Positions 1 to 12,420 of a DNA stretch of 64,000 bases are shown here, in pieces (the stretch's first letter is position 1; each line of letters begins with the position of its first letter). The stretch is from Auanema rhodensis (lineage: Eukaryota; Animalia; Nematoda): assembly GCA_964057225.1 (NCBI GenBank), contig OZ059894.1:992001-1056000 (forward strand), written 5' to 3'. Under the pieces are notes generated by a model that was not told the DNA's origin, did not search any database, and saw only the letters and a list, made by a program, of their open reading frames with translations. The position numbers were made by a program, and so were the translations under genes.

Positions 1-384
1 AGAAAAAATTAGTTCTTCAGGGTGAAAATCGAGGATATAAGTGTGAACTTATATCAGTTGATATCTCGGTGCATTTTTAAGCTAGCGCAAATCTGATAAC
101 ACAGATCGACGCAGCTTAAAAATCCGCATCCAATGCACTATACTACTTTGAGAAACGCTTAATATAAAAATTAGTTATGATCGTTTGAAAAATGATGCAT
201 TAGTGTATGTTGAGTTTCCATGTACACTCAACATTGCTTCCAAAAACATTTTGACAAAAATTTTTTCGAAAAATTTCAAAATAATTTAGCAAAAAGTAGA
301 TGTTTTTAGATTCCTTTTTCTAACGCAAAGACGATGAACAATGTTATTCAACGAAAAAATTAATTCTTCAGGGTGAAAATCGAG

Positions 385-415
385 GATATAAGTGTGAACT
401 TATATCAGTTGATAT
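385..415. other. Inverted repeat 1, recurring in each monomer: 9-bp stem with 4-nt loop, overlapping a second short IR
   Basis: gatataagt (385-393) / gtga / acttatatc (398-406). Overlapping pair atatca (402-407) / tgatat (410-415). Confidence 0.95.
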
Positions 416-416
416 C

Positions 417-489
417 TCGGTGCATTTTTAAGCTAGCGCAAATCTGATAACACAGATCGACGCAGCTTAAAAATCCGCATCGAATGCAC
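417..489. other. Inverted repeat 2, recurring in each monomer: long interrupted hairpin
   Basis: tcggtgc (417-423) / gcatcga (477-483, one G-T); atttttaagct (424-434) / agcttaaaaat (464-474, perfect 11 bp); gcg/cgc; atctg (442-446) / cagat (453-457) around loop ataaca. Alternative outer pair gtgcatt (420-426) / aatgcac (483-489). Confidence 0.95.
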
Positions 490-552
490 TATACTACATT
501 GAGAAACGCTTAATACAAAAATTAGTTATGATCGTTTGAAAAATGATGCATT

Positions 553-585
553 AGTGTATGTTGAGTTTCCATGTACACTCAACAT
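553..585. other. Inverted repeat 3, recurring in each monomer: 9-bp stem with 10-nt loop
   Basis: atgttgagt (558-566) / actcaacat (577-585). Competing pair agtgta (553-558) / tacact (574-579). Confidence 0.95.
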
Positions 586-592
586 TGCTTCC

Positions 593-671
593 AAAAACAT
601 TTTGACAAAAATTTTTTCGAAAAATTTCAAAATAATTTAGCAAAACGTAGATGTTTTTAGATTCCTTTTTT
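593..671. other. A/T-tract block with imperfect dyad symmetry
   Basis: aaaaacat (593-600) / atgttttt (651-658) flank ttttgacaaaa, tttttcgaaaaa and gaaa-aa-tttc. About 22% GC over 591-680. Confidence 0.85.
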
Positions 672-3600
672 CAAGGCAAACACGATGGACAATGTTTTTC
701 AACGAAAAAATTAGTTCTTCAGGGTGAAAATCGAGGATATAAGTGTAAACTTATATCAGTTGATATCTCGGTGCATTTTTAAGCTAGCGCAAATCTGATA
801 ACACAGATCGACGCAGCTTAAAAATCCGCATCGAATGCACTATACTACTTTGAGAAACGCTTAATACAAAAATTAGTTATGATCGTTTGAAAAATGATGC
901 ATTAGTGTATGTTGAGTTTCCATGTACACTCAACATTGCTTCCAAAAACATTTTGACAAAAAATTTTTCAAAAAATTTCAAAATAATTTAGCAAAAAGTA
1001 GATGTTTTTAGATTCCTTTTTTCAAGGCAAACACGATGAACAATGTTTTTCAACGAAAAAATTAATTCTTCAGGGTGAAAATCGAGGATATAAGTGTGAA
1101 CTTATATCAGTTGATGTCTCGGTGCATTTTTAAGCTAGCGCAAATCTGATAACACAGATCGACGCAGCTTAAAAATCCGCATCGAATACACTATACTACA
1201 TTGAGAAACGCTTAATACAAAAATTAGTTATGATCGTTTGAAAAATGATGCATTAGTGTATGTTGAGTTTCCATGTACACTCAACATTGCTTCCAAAAAC
1301 ATTTTGACAAAAAATTTTTCAAAAAATTTCAAAATAATTTAGCAAAAAGTAGATGTTTTTAGATTCCTTTTTTCAAGGCAAACACGATGAACAATGTTTT
1401 TCAACGAAAAAATTAATTCTTCAGGGTGAAAATCGAGGATATAAGTGTGAACTTATATCAGTTGATATCTCGGTGCATTTTTAAGCTAGCGCAAATCTGA
1501 TAACACAGATCGACGCAGCTTAAAAATCCGCATCGAATGCACTATACTACTTTGAGAAACGCTTAATACAAAAATTAGTTATGATCGTTTGAAAAATGAT
1601 GCATTAGTGTATGTTGAGTTTCCATGTACACTCAACATTGCTTCCAAAAACATTTTGACAAAAATTTTTTCAAAAAATTTCAAAATAATTTAGCGAAAAG
1701 TAGATGTTTTTAGATTCCTTTTTTCAAGGCAAAGACGATGGACAATGTTATTCAACGAAAAAATTAATTCTTCAGGGTGAAAATCGAGGATATAAGTGTG
1801 AACTTATATCAGTTGATATCTCGGTGCATTTTTAAGCTAGCGCAAATCTGATAACACAGATCGACGCAGCTTAAAAATCCGCATCCAATGCACTATACTA
1901 CTTTGAGAAACGCTTAATATAAAAATTAGTTATGATCGTTTGAAAAATGATGCATTAGTGTATGTTGAGTTTCCATGTACACTCAACATTGCTTCCAAAA
2001 ACATTTTGACAAAAATTTTTTCGAAAAATTTCAAAATAATTTAGCAAAAAGTAGATGTTTTTAGATTCCTTTTTCTAACGCAAAGACGATGAACAATGTT
2101 ATTCAACGAAAAAATTAATTCTTCAGGGTGAAAATCGAGGATATAAGTGTGAACTTATATCAGTTGATATCTCGGTGCATTTTTAAGCTAGCGCAAATCT
2201 GATAACACAGATCGACGCAGCTTAAAAATCCGCATCGAATGCACTATACTACATTGAGAAACGCTTAATACAAAAATTAGTTATGATCGTTTGAAAAATG
2301 ATGCATTAGTGTATGTTGAGTTTCCATGTACACTCAACATTGCTTCCAAAAACATTTTGACAAAAATTTTTTCGAAAAATTTCAAAATAATTTAGCAAAA
2401 CGTAGATGTTTTTAGATTCCTTTTTTCAAGGCAAACACGATGGACAATGTTTTTCAACGAAAAAATTAGTTCTTCAGGGTGAAAATCGAGGATATAAGTG
2501 TAAACTTATATCAGTTGATATCTCGGTGCATTTTTAAGCTAGCGCAAATCTGATAACACAGATCGACGCAGCTTAAAAATCCGCATCGAATGCACTATAC
2601 TACTTTGAGAAACGCTTAATACAAAAATTAGTTATGATCGTTTGAAAAATGATGCATTAGTGTATGTTGAGTTTCCATGTACACTCAACATTGCTTCCAA
2701 AAACATTTTGACAAAAAATTTTTCAAAAAATTTCAAAATAATTTAGCAAAAAGTAGATGTTTTTAGATTCCTTTTTTCAAGGCAAACACGATGAACAATG
2801 TTTTTCAACGAAAAAATTAATTCTTCAGGGTGAAAATCGAGGATATAAGTGTGAACTTATATCAGTTGATGTCTCGGTGCATTTTTAAGCTAGCGCAAAT
2901 CTGATAACACAGATCGACGCAGCTTAAAAATCCGCATCGAATACACTATACTACATTGAGAAACGCTTAATACAAAAATTAGTTATGATCGTTTGAAAAA
3001 TGATGCATTAGTGTATGTTGAGTTTCCATGTACACTCAACATTGCTTCCAAAAACATTTTGACAAAAATTTTTTCGAAAAATTTCAAAATAATTTAGCAA
3101 AAAGTAGATGTTTTTAGATTCCTTTTTTCAAGGCAAACACGATGGACAATGTTTTTCAACGAAAAAATTAATTCTTCAGGGTGAAAATCGAGGATATAAG
3201 TGTGAACTTATATCAGTTGATATCTCGGTGCATTTTTAAGCTAGCGCAAATCTGATAACACAGATCGACGCAGCTTAAAAATCCGCATCGAATGCACTAT
3301 ACTACTTTGAGAAACGCTTAATACAAAAATTAGTTATGATCGTTTGAAAAATGATGCATTAGTGTATGTTGAGTTTCCATGTACACTCAACATTGCTTCC
3401 AAAAACATTTTGACAAAAATTTTTTCAAAAAATTTCAAAATAATTTAGCGAAAAGTAGATGTTTTTAGATTCCTTTTTTCAAGGCAAAGACGATGGACAA
3501 TGTTATTCAACGAAAAAATTAATTCTTCAGGGTGAAAATCGAGGATATAAGTGTGAACTTATATCAGTTGATATCTCGGTGCATTTTTAAGCTAGCGCAA

Positions 3601-5339
3601 ATCTGATAACACAGATCGACGCAGCTTAAAAATCCGCATCGAATGCACTATACTACTTTGAGAAACGCTTAATACAAAAATTAGTTATGATCGTTTGAAA
3701 AATGATGCATTAGTGTATGTTGAGTTTCCATGTACACTCAACATTGCTTCCAAAAACATTTTGACAAAAAATTTTTCAAAAAATTTCAAAATAATTTAGC
3801 AAAAAGTAGATGTTTTTAGATTCCTTTTTTCAAGGCAAAGACGATGGACAATGTTATTCAACGAAAAAATTAATTCTTCAGGGTGAAAATCGAGGATATA
3901 AGTTGGAACTTATATCAGTTGATATCTCGGTGCATTTTTAAGCTAGCGCAAATCTGATAACACAGATCGACGCAGCTTAAAAATCCGCATCGAATGCACT
4001 ATACTAAATTGAGAAACGCTTAATACAAAAATTAGTTATGATCGTTTGAAAAATGATGCATTAGTGTATGTTGAGTTTCCATGTACACTCAACATTGCTT
4101 CCAAAAACATTTTGACAAAAATTTTTTCGAAAAATTTCAAAATAATTTAGCGAAAAGTAGATGTTTTTAGATTCCTTTTTTCAAGGCAAACACGATGGAC
4201 AATGTTTTTCAACGAAAAAATTAATTCTTCAGGGTGAAAATCGAGGATATAAGTGTGAACTTATATCAGTTGATATCTCGGTGCATTTTTAAGCTAGCGC
4301 AAATCTGATAACACAGATCGACGCAGCTTAAAAATCCGCATCGAATGCACTATACTACTTTGAGAAACGCTTAATACAAAAATTAGTTATGATCGTTTGA
4401 AAAATGATGCATTAGTGTATGTTGAGTTTCCATGTACACTCAACATTGCTTCCAAAAACATTTTGACAAAAATTTTTTCAAAAAATTTCAAAATAATTTA
4501 GCGAAAAGTAGATGTTTTTAGATTCCTTTTTTCAAGGCAAAGACGATGGACAATGTTATTCAACGAAAAAATTAATTCTTCAGGGTGAAAATCGAGGATA
4601 TAAGTGTGAACTTATATCAGTTGATATCTCGGTGCATTTTTAAGCTAGCGCAAATCTGATAACACAGATCGACGCAGCTTAAAAATCCGCATCGAATGCA
4701 CTATACTACTTTGAGAAACGCTTAATACAAAAATTAGTTATGATCGTTTGAAAAATGATGCATTAGTGTATGTTGAGTTTCCATGTACACTCAACATTGC
4801 TTCCAAAAACATTTTGACAAAAAATTTTTCAAAAAATTTCAAAATAATTTAGCAAAAAGTAGATGTTTTTAGATTTTTTTTTTCAAGGCAAAGACGATGG
4901 ACAATGTTATTCAACGAAAAAATTAATTCTTCAGGGTGAAAATCGAGGATATAAGTGTGAACTTATATCAGTTGATATCTCGGTGCATTTTTAAGCTAGC
5001 GCAAATCTGATAACACAGATCGACGCAGCTTAAAAATCAGCATCGAATGCACTATACTACTTTGAGAAACGCTTAATACAAAAATTAGTTATGATCGTTT
5101 GAAAAATGATGCATTAGTGTATGTTGAGTTTCCATGTACACTCAACATTGCTTCCAAAAACATTTTGACAAAAATTTTTTCGAAAAATTTCAGAATAATT
5201 TAGCAAAAAGTAGATGTTTTTAGATTCCTTTTTTCAAGGCAAAGACGATGGACAATGTTTTTCAACGAAAAAATTAATTCTTCAGGGTGAAAATCGAGGA
5301 TATAAGTGTGAACTTATATCAGTTGATATCTCGGTGCAT

Positions 5340-8300
5340 TTTTAAGCTAGCGCAAATCTGATAACACAGATCGACGCAGCTTAAAAATCCGCATCGAATG
5401 CACTATACTACATTGAGAAACGCTTTATACAAAAATTAGTTATGATCGTTTGAAAAATGATGCATTAGTGTATGTTGAGTTTCCATGTACACTCAACATT
5501 GCTTCCAAAAACATTTTGACAAAAATTTTTTCGAAAAATTTCAAAATAATTTAGCAAAAAGTAGATGTTTTTAGATTCCTTTTTTCAAGGCAAAGACGAT
5601 GGACAATGTTATTCAACGAAAAAATCAATTCTTCAGGGTGAAAATCGAGGATATAAGTGTGAACTTATATCAGTTGATATCTCGGTGCATTTTTAAGCTA
5701 GCGCAAATCTGATAACACAGATCGACGCAGCTTAAAAATCCGCATCGAATGCACTATACCACATTGAGAAACGCTTTATACAAAAATTAGTTATGATCGT
5801 TTGAAAAATGATGCATTAGTGTATGTTGAGTTTCCATGTACACTCAACATTGCTTCCAAAAACATTTTGACAAAAATTTTTTCAAAAAATTTCAAAATAA
5901 TTTAGCAAAAAGTAGATGTTTTTAGATTTCTTTTTTCAAGGCAAAGACGATGGACAATGTTATTCAACGAAAAAATTAATTCTTCAGGGTGAAAATCGAG
6001 GATATAAGTGTGAACTTATATCAGTTGATATCTCGGTGCATTTTTAAGCTAGCGCAAATCTGATAACACAGATCGACGCAGCTTAAAAATCCGCATCGAA
6101 TGCACTATACTACATTGAGAAACGCTTAATACAAAAATTAGTTATGATCGTTTGAAAAATGATGCATTAGTGTATGTTGAGTTTCCATGTACACTCAACA
6201 TTGCTTCCAAAAACATTTTGACAAAAATTTTTTCAAAAAATTTCAAAATAATTTAGCAAAAAGTAGATGTTTTTAGATTCCTTTTTTCAAGGCAAAGACG
6301 ATGGACAATGTTATTCAACGAAAAAATTAATTCTTCAGGGTGAAAATCGAGGATATAAGTGTGAACTTATATCAGTTGATATCTCGGTGCATTTTCAAGC
6401 TAGCGCAAATCTGATAACACAGATCGACGCAGCTTAAAAATCCGCATCGAATGCACTATACCACATTGAGAAACGCTTTATACAAAAATTAGTTATGATC
6501 GTTTGAAAAATGATGCATTAGTGTATGTTGAGTTTCCATGTACACTCAACATTGCTTCCAAAAACATTTTGACAAAAATTTTTTCGAAAAATTTCAAAAT
6601 AATTTAGCAAAAAGTAGATGTTTTTAGATTCCTTTTTTCAAGGCAAACACGATGAACAATGTTTTTCAACGAAAAAATTAATTCTTCAGGGTGAAAATCG
6701 AGGATATATGTGTGAACTTATATCAGTTGATGTCTCGGTGCATTTTTAAGCTAGCGCAAATCTGATAACACAGATCGACGCAGCTTAAAAAGCCGCATCG
6801 AATGCACTATACTACATTGAGAAACGCTTAATACAAAAATTAGTTATGATCGTTTGAAAAATGATGCATTAGTGTATGTTGAGTTTCCATGTACACTCAA
6901 CATTGCTTCCAAAAACATTTTGACAAAAATTTTTTCAAAAAATTTCAAAATAATTTAGCAAAAAGTAGATGTTTTTAGATTCCTTTTTTCAAGGCAAAGA
7001 CGATGGACAATGTTATTCAACGAAAAAACTAATTCTTCAGGGTGAAAATCGAGGATATAAGTGTGAACTTATATCAGTTGATATCTCGGTGCTTTTTTAA
7101 GCTAGCGCAAATCGGATAACACAGATCGACGCAGCTTAAAAATCCGCATCGAATACACTATACTACTTTGAGAAACGCTTAATACAATAATTAGTTATGA
7201 TCGTTTGAAAAATGATGCATTAGTGTATGTTGAGTTTCCATGTACACTCAACATTGCTTCCAAAAACATTTTGACAAAAATTTTTTCAAAAAATTTCAAA
7301 ATAATTTAGCAAAAAGTAGATGTTTTTAAATTCCTTTTTTCAAGGCAAAGACGATGGACAATGTTATTCAACGAAAAAATTAATTCTTCAGGGTGAAAAT
7401 CGAGGATATAAGTGTGAACTTATATCAGTTGATATCTCGGTGCATTTTTAAGCTAGCGCAAATCTGATAACACAGATCGACGCAGCTTAAAAATCCGCAT
7501 CGAATGCACTATACCACATTGAGAAACGCTTTATACAAAAATTAGTTATGATCGTTTGAAAAATGATGCATTAGTGTATGCTGAGTTTCCATGTACACTC
7601 AACATTGCTTCCAAAAACATTTTGACAAAAATTTTTTCGAAAAATTTCAAAATAATTTAGCAAAAAGTAGATGTTTTTAGATTCCTTTTTTCAAGGCAAA
7701 CACGATGAACAATGTTTTTCAACGAAAAAATTAATTCTTCAGGGTGAAAATCGAGGATATAAGTGTGAACTTATATCAGTTGATGTCTCGGTGCATTTTT
7801 AAGCTAGCGCAAATCTGATAACACAGATCGACGCAGCTTAAAAATCCGCATCGAATGCACTATACTACATTGAGAAACGCTTAATACAAAAATTAGTTAT
7901 GATCGTTTGAAAAATGATGCATTAGTGTATGTTGAGTTTCCATGTACACTCAACATTGCTTCCAAAAACATTTTGACAAAAATTTTTTCAAAAAATTTCA
8001 AAATAATTTAGCAAAAAGTAGATGTTTTTAGATTCCTTTTTCAAGGCAAAGACGATGGACAATGTTATTCAACGAAAAAATTAATTCTTCAGGGTGAAAA
8101 TCGAGGATATAAGTGTGAACTTATATCAGTTGATATCTCGGTGCATTTTTAAGCTAGCGCAAATCTGATAACACAGATCGACGCAGCTTAAAAATCCGCA
8201 TCGAATGCACTATACTACTTTGAGAAACGCTTAATACAAAAATTAGTTATGATCGTTTGAAAAATGATGCATTAGTGTATGTTGAGTTTCCATGTACACT

Positions 8301-11300
8301 CAACATTACTTCCAAAAACATTTTGACAAAAATTTTTTCAAAAAATTTCAAAATAATTTAGCAAAAAGTAGATGTTTTTAGATTCCTTTTTTCAAGGCAA
8401 AGACGATGGACAATGTTATTCAACGAAAAAATTAATTCTTCAGGGTGAAAATCGAGGATATAAGTGTGAACTTATATCAGTTGATATCTCGGTGCATTTT
8501 CAAGCTAGCGCAAATCTGATAACACAGATCGACGCAGCTTAAAAATCCGCATCGAATGCACTATACCACATTGAGAAACGCTTTATACAAAAATTAGTTA
8601 TGATCGTTTGAAAAATGATGCATTAGTGTATGTTGAGTTTCCATATACACTCAACATTGCTTCCAAAAACATTTTGACAAAAATTTTTTCGAAAAATTTC
8701 AAAATAATTTAGCAAAAAGTAGATGTTTTTAGATTCCTTTTTTCAAGGCAAACACGATGAACAATGTTTTTCAACGAAAAAATTAATTCTTCAGGGTGAA
8801 AATCGAGGATATATGTGTGAACTTATATCAGTTGATGTCTCGGTGCATTTTTAAGCTAGCGCAAATCTGATAACACAGATCGACGCAGCTTAAAAATCCG
8901 CATCGAATGCACTATACTACATTGAGAAACGCTTTATACAAAAATTAGTTATGATCGTTTGAAAAATGATGCATTAGTGTATGTTGAGTTTCCATGTACA
9001 CTCAACATTGCTTCCAAAAACATTTTGACAAAAATTTTTTCGAAAAATTTCAAAATAATTTAGCAAAAAGTAGATGTTTTTAGATTCCTTTTTTCAAGGC
9101 AAAGACGATGGACAATGTTATTCAACGAAAAAATCAATTCTTCAGGGTGAAAATCGAGGATATAAGTGTGAACTTATATCAGTTGATATCTCGGTGCATT
9201 TTTAAGCTAGCGCAAATCTGATAACACAGATCGACGCAGCTTAAAAATCCGCATCGAATGCACTATACCACATTGAGAAACGCTTTATACAAAAATTAGT
9301 TATGATCGTTTGAAAAATGATGCATTAGTGTATGTTGAGTTTCCATGTACACTCAACATTGCTTCCAAAAACATTTTGACAAAAATTTTTTCAAAAAATT
9401 TCAAAATAATTTAGCAAAAAGTAGATGTTTTTAGATTTCTTTTTTCAAGGCAAAGACGATGGACAATGTTATTCAACGAAAAAATTAATTCTTCAGGGTG
9501 AAAATCGAGGATATAAGTGTGAACTTATATCAGTTGATATCTCGGTGCATTTTTAAGCTAGCGCAAATCTGATAACACAGATCGACGCAGCTTAAAAATC
9601 CGCATCGAATGCACTATACTACATTGAGAAACGCTTAATACAAAAATTAGTTATGATCGTTTGAAAAATGATGCATTAGTGTATGTTGAGTTTCCATGTA
9701 CACTCAACATTGCTTCCAAAAACATTTTGACAAAAATTTTTTCAAAAAATTTCAAAATAATTTAGCAAAAAGTAGATGTTTTTAGATTCCTTTTTTCAAG
9801 GCAAAGACGATGGACAATGTTATTCAACGAAAAAATTAATTCTTCAGGGTGAAAATCGAGGATATAAGTGTGAACTTATATCAGTTGATATCTCGGTGCA
9901 TTTTCAAGCTAGCGCAAATCTGATAACACAGATCGACGCAGCTTAAAAATCCGCATCGAATGCACTATACCACATTGAGAAACGCTTTATACAAAAATTA
10001 GTTATGATCGTTTGAAAAATGATGCATTAGTGTATGTTGAGTTTCCATGTACACTCAACATTGCTTCCAAAAACATTTTGACAAAAATTTTTTCGAAAAA
10101 TTTCAAAATAATTTAGCAAAAAGTAGATGTTTTTAGATTCCTTTTTTCAAGGCAAACACGATGAACAATGTTTTTCAACGAAAAAATTAATTCTTCAGGG
10201 TGAAAATCGAGGATATATGTGTGAACTTATATCAGTTGATGTCTCGGTGCATTTTTAAGCTAGCGCAAATCTGATAACACAGATCGACGCAGCTTAAAAA
10301 GCCGCATCGAATGCACTATACTACATTGAGAAACGCTTAATACAAAAATTAGTTATGATCGTTTGAAAAATGATGCATTAGTGTATGTTGAGTTTCCATG
10401 TACACTCAACATTGCTTCCAAAAACATTTTGACAAAAATTTTTTCAAAAAATTTCAAAATAATTTAGCAAAAAGTAGATGTTTTTAGATTCCTTTTTTCA
10501 AGGCAAAGACGATGGACAATGTTATTCAACGAAAAAACTAATTCTTCAGGGTGAAAATCGAGGATATAAGTGTGAACTTATATCAGTTGATATCTCGGTG
10601 CTTTTTTAAGCTAGCGCAAATCGGATAACACAGATCGACGCAGCTTAAAAATCCGCATCGAATACACTATACTACTTTGAGAAACGCTTAATACAATAAT
10701 TAGTTATGATCGTTTGAAAAATGATGCATTAGTGTATGTTGAGTTTCCATGTACACTCAACATTGCTTCCAAAAACATTTTGACAAAAATTTTTTCAAAA
10801 AATTTCAAAATAATTTAGCAAAAAGTAGATGTTTTTAAATTCCTTTTTTCAAGGCAAAGACGATGGACAATGTTATTCAACGAAAAAATTAATTCTTCAG
10901 GGTGAAAATCGAGGATATAAGTGTGAACTTATATCAGTTGATATCTCGGTGCATTTTTAAGCTAGCGCAAATCTGATAACACAGATCGACGCAGCTTAAA
11001 AATCCGCATCGAATGCACTATACCACATTGAGAAACGCTTTATACAAAAATTAGTTATGATCGTTTGAAAAATGATGCATTAGTGTATGTTGAGTTTCCA
11101 TGTACACTCAACATTGCTTCCAAAAACATTTTGACAAAAATTTTTTCGAAAAATTTCAAAATAATTTAGCAAAAAGTAGATGTTTTTAGATTCCTTTTTT
11201 CAAGGCAAACACGATGAACAATGTTTTTCAACGAAAAAATTAATTCTTCAGGGTGAAAATCGAGGATATAAGTGTGAACTTATATCAGTTGATGTCTCGG

Positions 11301-12420
11301 TGCATTTTTAAGCTAGCGCAAATCTGATAACACAGATCGACGCAGCTTAAAAATCCGCATCGAATGCACTATACTACATTGAGAAACGCTTAATACAAAA
11401 ATTAGTTATGATCGTTTGAAAAATGATGCATTAGTGTATGTTGAGTTTCCATGTACACTCAACATTGCTTCCAAAAACATTTTGACAAAAATTTTTTCAA
11501 AAAATTTCAAAATAATTTAGCAAAAAGTAGATGTTTTTAGATTCCTTTTTCAAGGCAAAGACGATGGACAATGTTATTCAACGAAAAAATTAATTCTTCA
11601 GGGTGAAAATCGAGGATATAAGTGTGAACTTATATCAGTTGATATCTCGGTGCATTTTTAAGCTAGCGCAAATCTGATAACACAGATCGACGCAGCTTAA
11701 AAATCCGCATCGAATGCACTATACTACTTTGAGAAACGCTTAATACAAAAATTAGTTATGATCGTTTGAAAAATGATGCATTAGTGTATGTTGAGTTTCC
11801 ATGTACACTCAACATTACTTCCAAAAACATTTTGACAAAAATTTTTTCAAAAAATTTCAAAATAATTTAGCAAAAAGTAGATGTTTTTAGATTCCTTTTT
11901 TCAAGGCAAAGACGATGGACAATGTTATTCAACGAAAAAATTAATTCTTCAGGGTGAAAATCGAGGATATAAGTGTGAACTTATATCAGTTGATATCTCG
12001 GTGCATTTTCAAGCTAGCGCAAATCTGATAACACAGATCGACGCAGCTTAAAAATCCGCATCGAATGCACTATACCACATTGAGAAACGCTTTATACAAA
12101 AATTAGTTATGATCGTTTGAAAAATGATGCATTAGTGTATGTTGAGTTTCCATATACACTCAACATTGCTTCCAAAAACATTTTGACAAAAATTTTTTCG
12201 AAAAATTTCAAAATAATTTAGCAAAAAGTAGATGTTTTTAGATTCCTTTTTTCAAGGCAAACACGATGAACAATGTTTTTCAACGAAAAAATTAATTCTT
12301 CAGGGTGAAAATCGAGGATATATGTGTGAACTTATATCAGTTGATGTCTCGGTGCATTTTTAAGCTAGCGCAAATCTGATAACACAGATCGACGCAGCTT
12401 AAAAATCCGCATCGAATGCA
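5340..12420. repeat. Higher-order repeat: 10-mer (3509 bp), two copies
   Basis: Variants recur at +3509: 5626/9135, 5929/9438, 6792/10301, 7029/10538, T deletion ~8040/~11550, 8308/11817, 8645/12154. Confidence 0.93.

Larger units (their letters stand above)
351..701. repeat. Representative monomer (phase chosen arbitrarily)
   Basis: 351 bp; hand count of the consensus gives ~53 C and ~57 G. Single sites per monomer: EcoRV GATATC 411-416, NheI GCTAGC 432-437, NsiI ATGCAT 546-551, BsrGI TGTACA 572-577. The BstBI site TTCGAA is polymorphic. Confidence 0.98.
13..3520. repeat. Higher-order repeat: 5-mer (1755 bp), two copies
   Basis: Private variants recur at +1755: ccaatg 131/1886, taacgc 321/2076, aaaacgt 646/2401, gatgtc 1116/2871, tagcga 1695/3450. 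Confidence 0.92.

Noticed and set aside
417-489. Tandem tRNA, 5S rRNA, snRNA, spliced-leader gene or hammerhead ribozyme in each unit
   Set aside because: No cloverleaf, Pol III A/B boxes or 5S similarity seen. ctgata is present in the loop region, but I could not build a hammerhead three-stem core. An Infernal/Rfam scan would be decisive.
530-546. CENP-B box-like motif gatcgtttgaaaaatga (and tttcgttgaa on the minus strand near 690-706)
   Set aside because: About 11/17 match to YTTCGTTGGAARCGGGA, but the essential CGGG is missing. Such partial matches are expected in AT-rich DNA.
351-701. Identity with Drosophila 359-bp (1.688) or tenebrionid ~340-360-bp satellites
   Set aside because: Only length and AT-richness are similar. 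I recognise no sequence match, and a BLAST search is needed.
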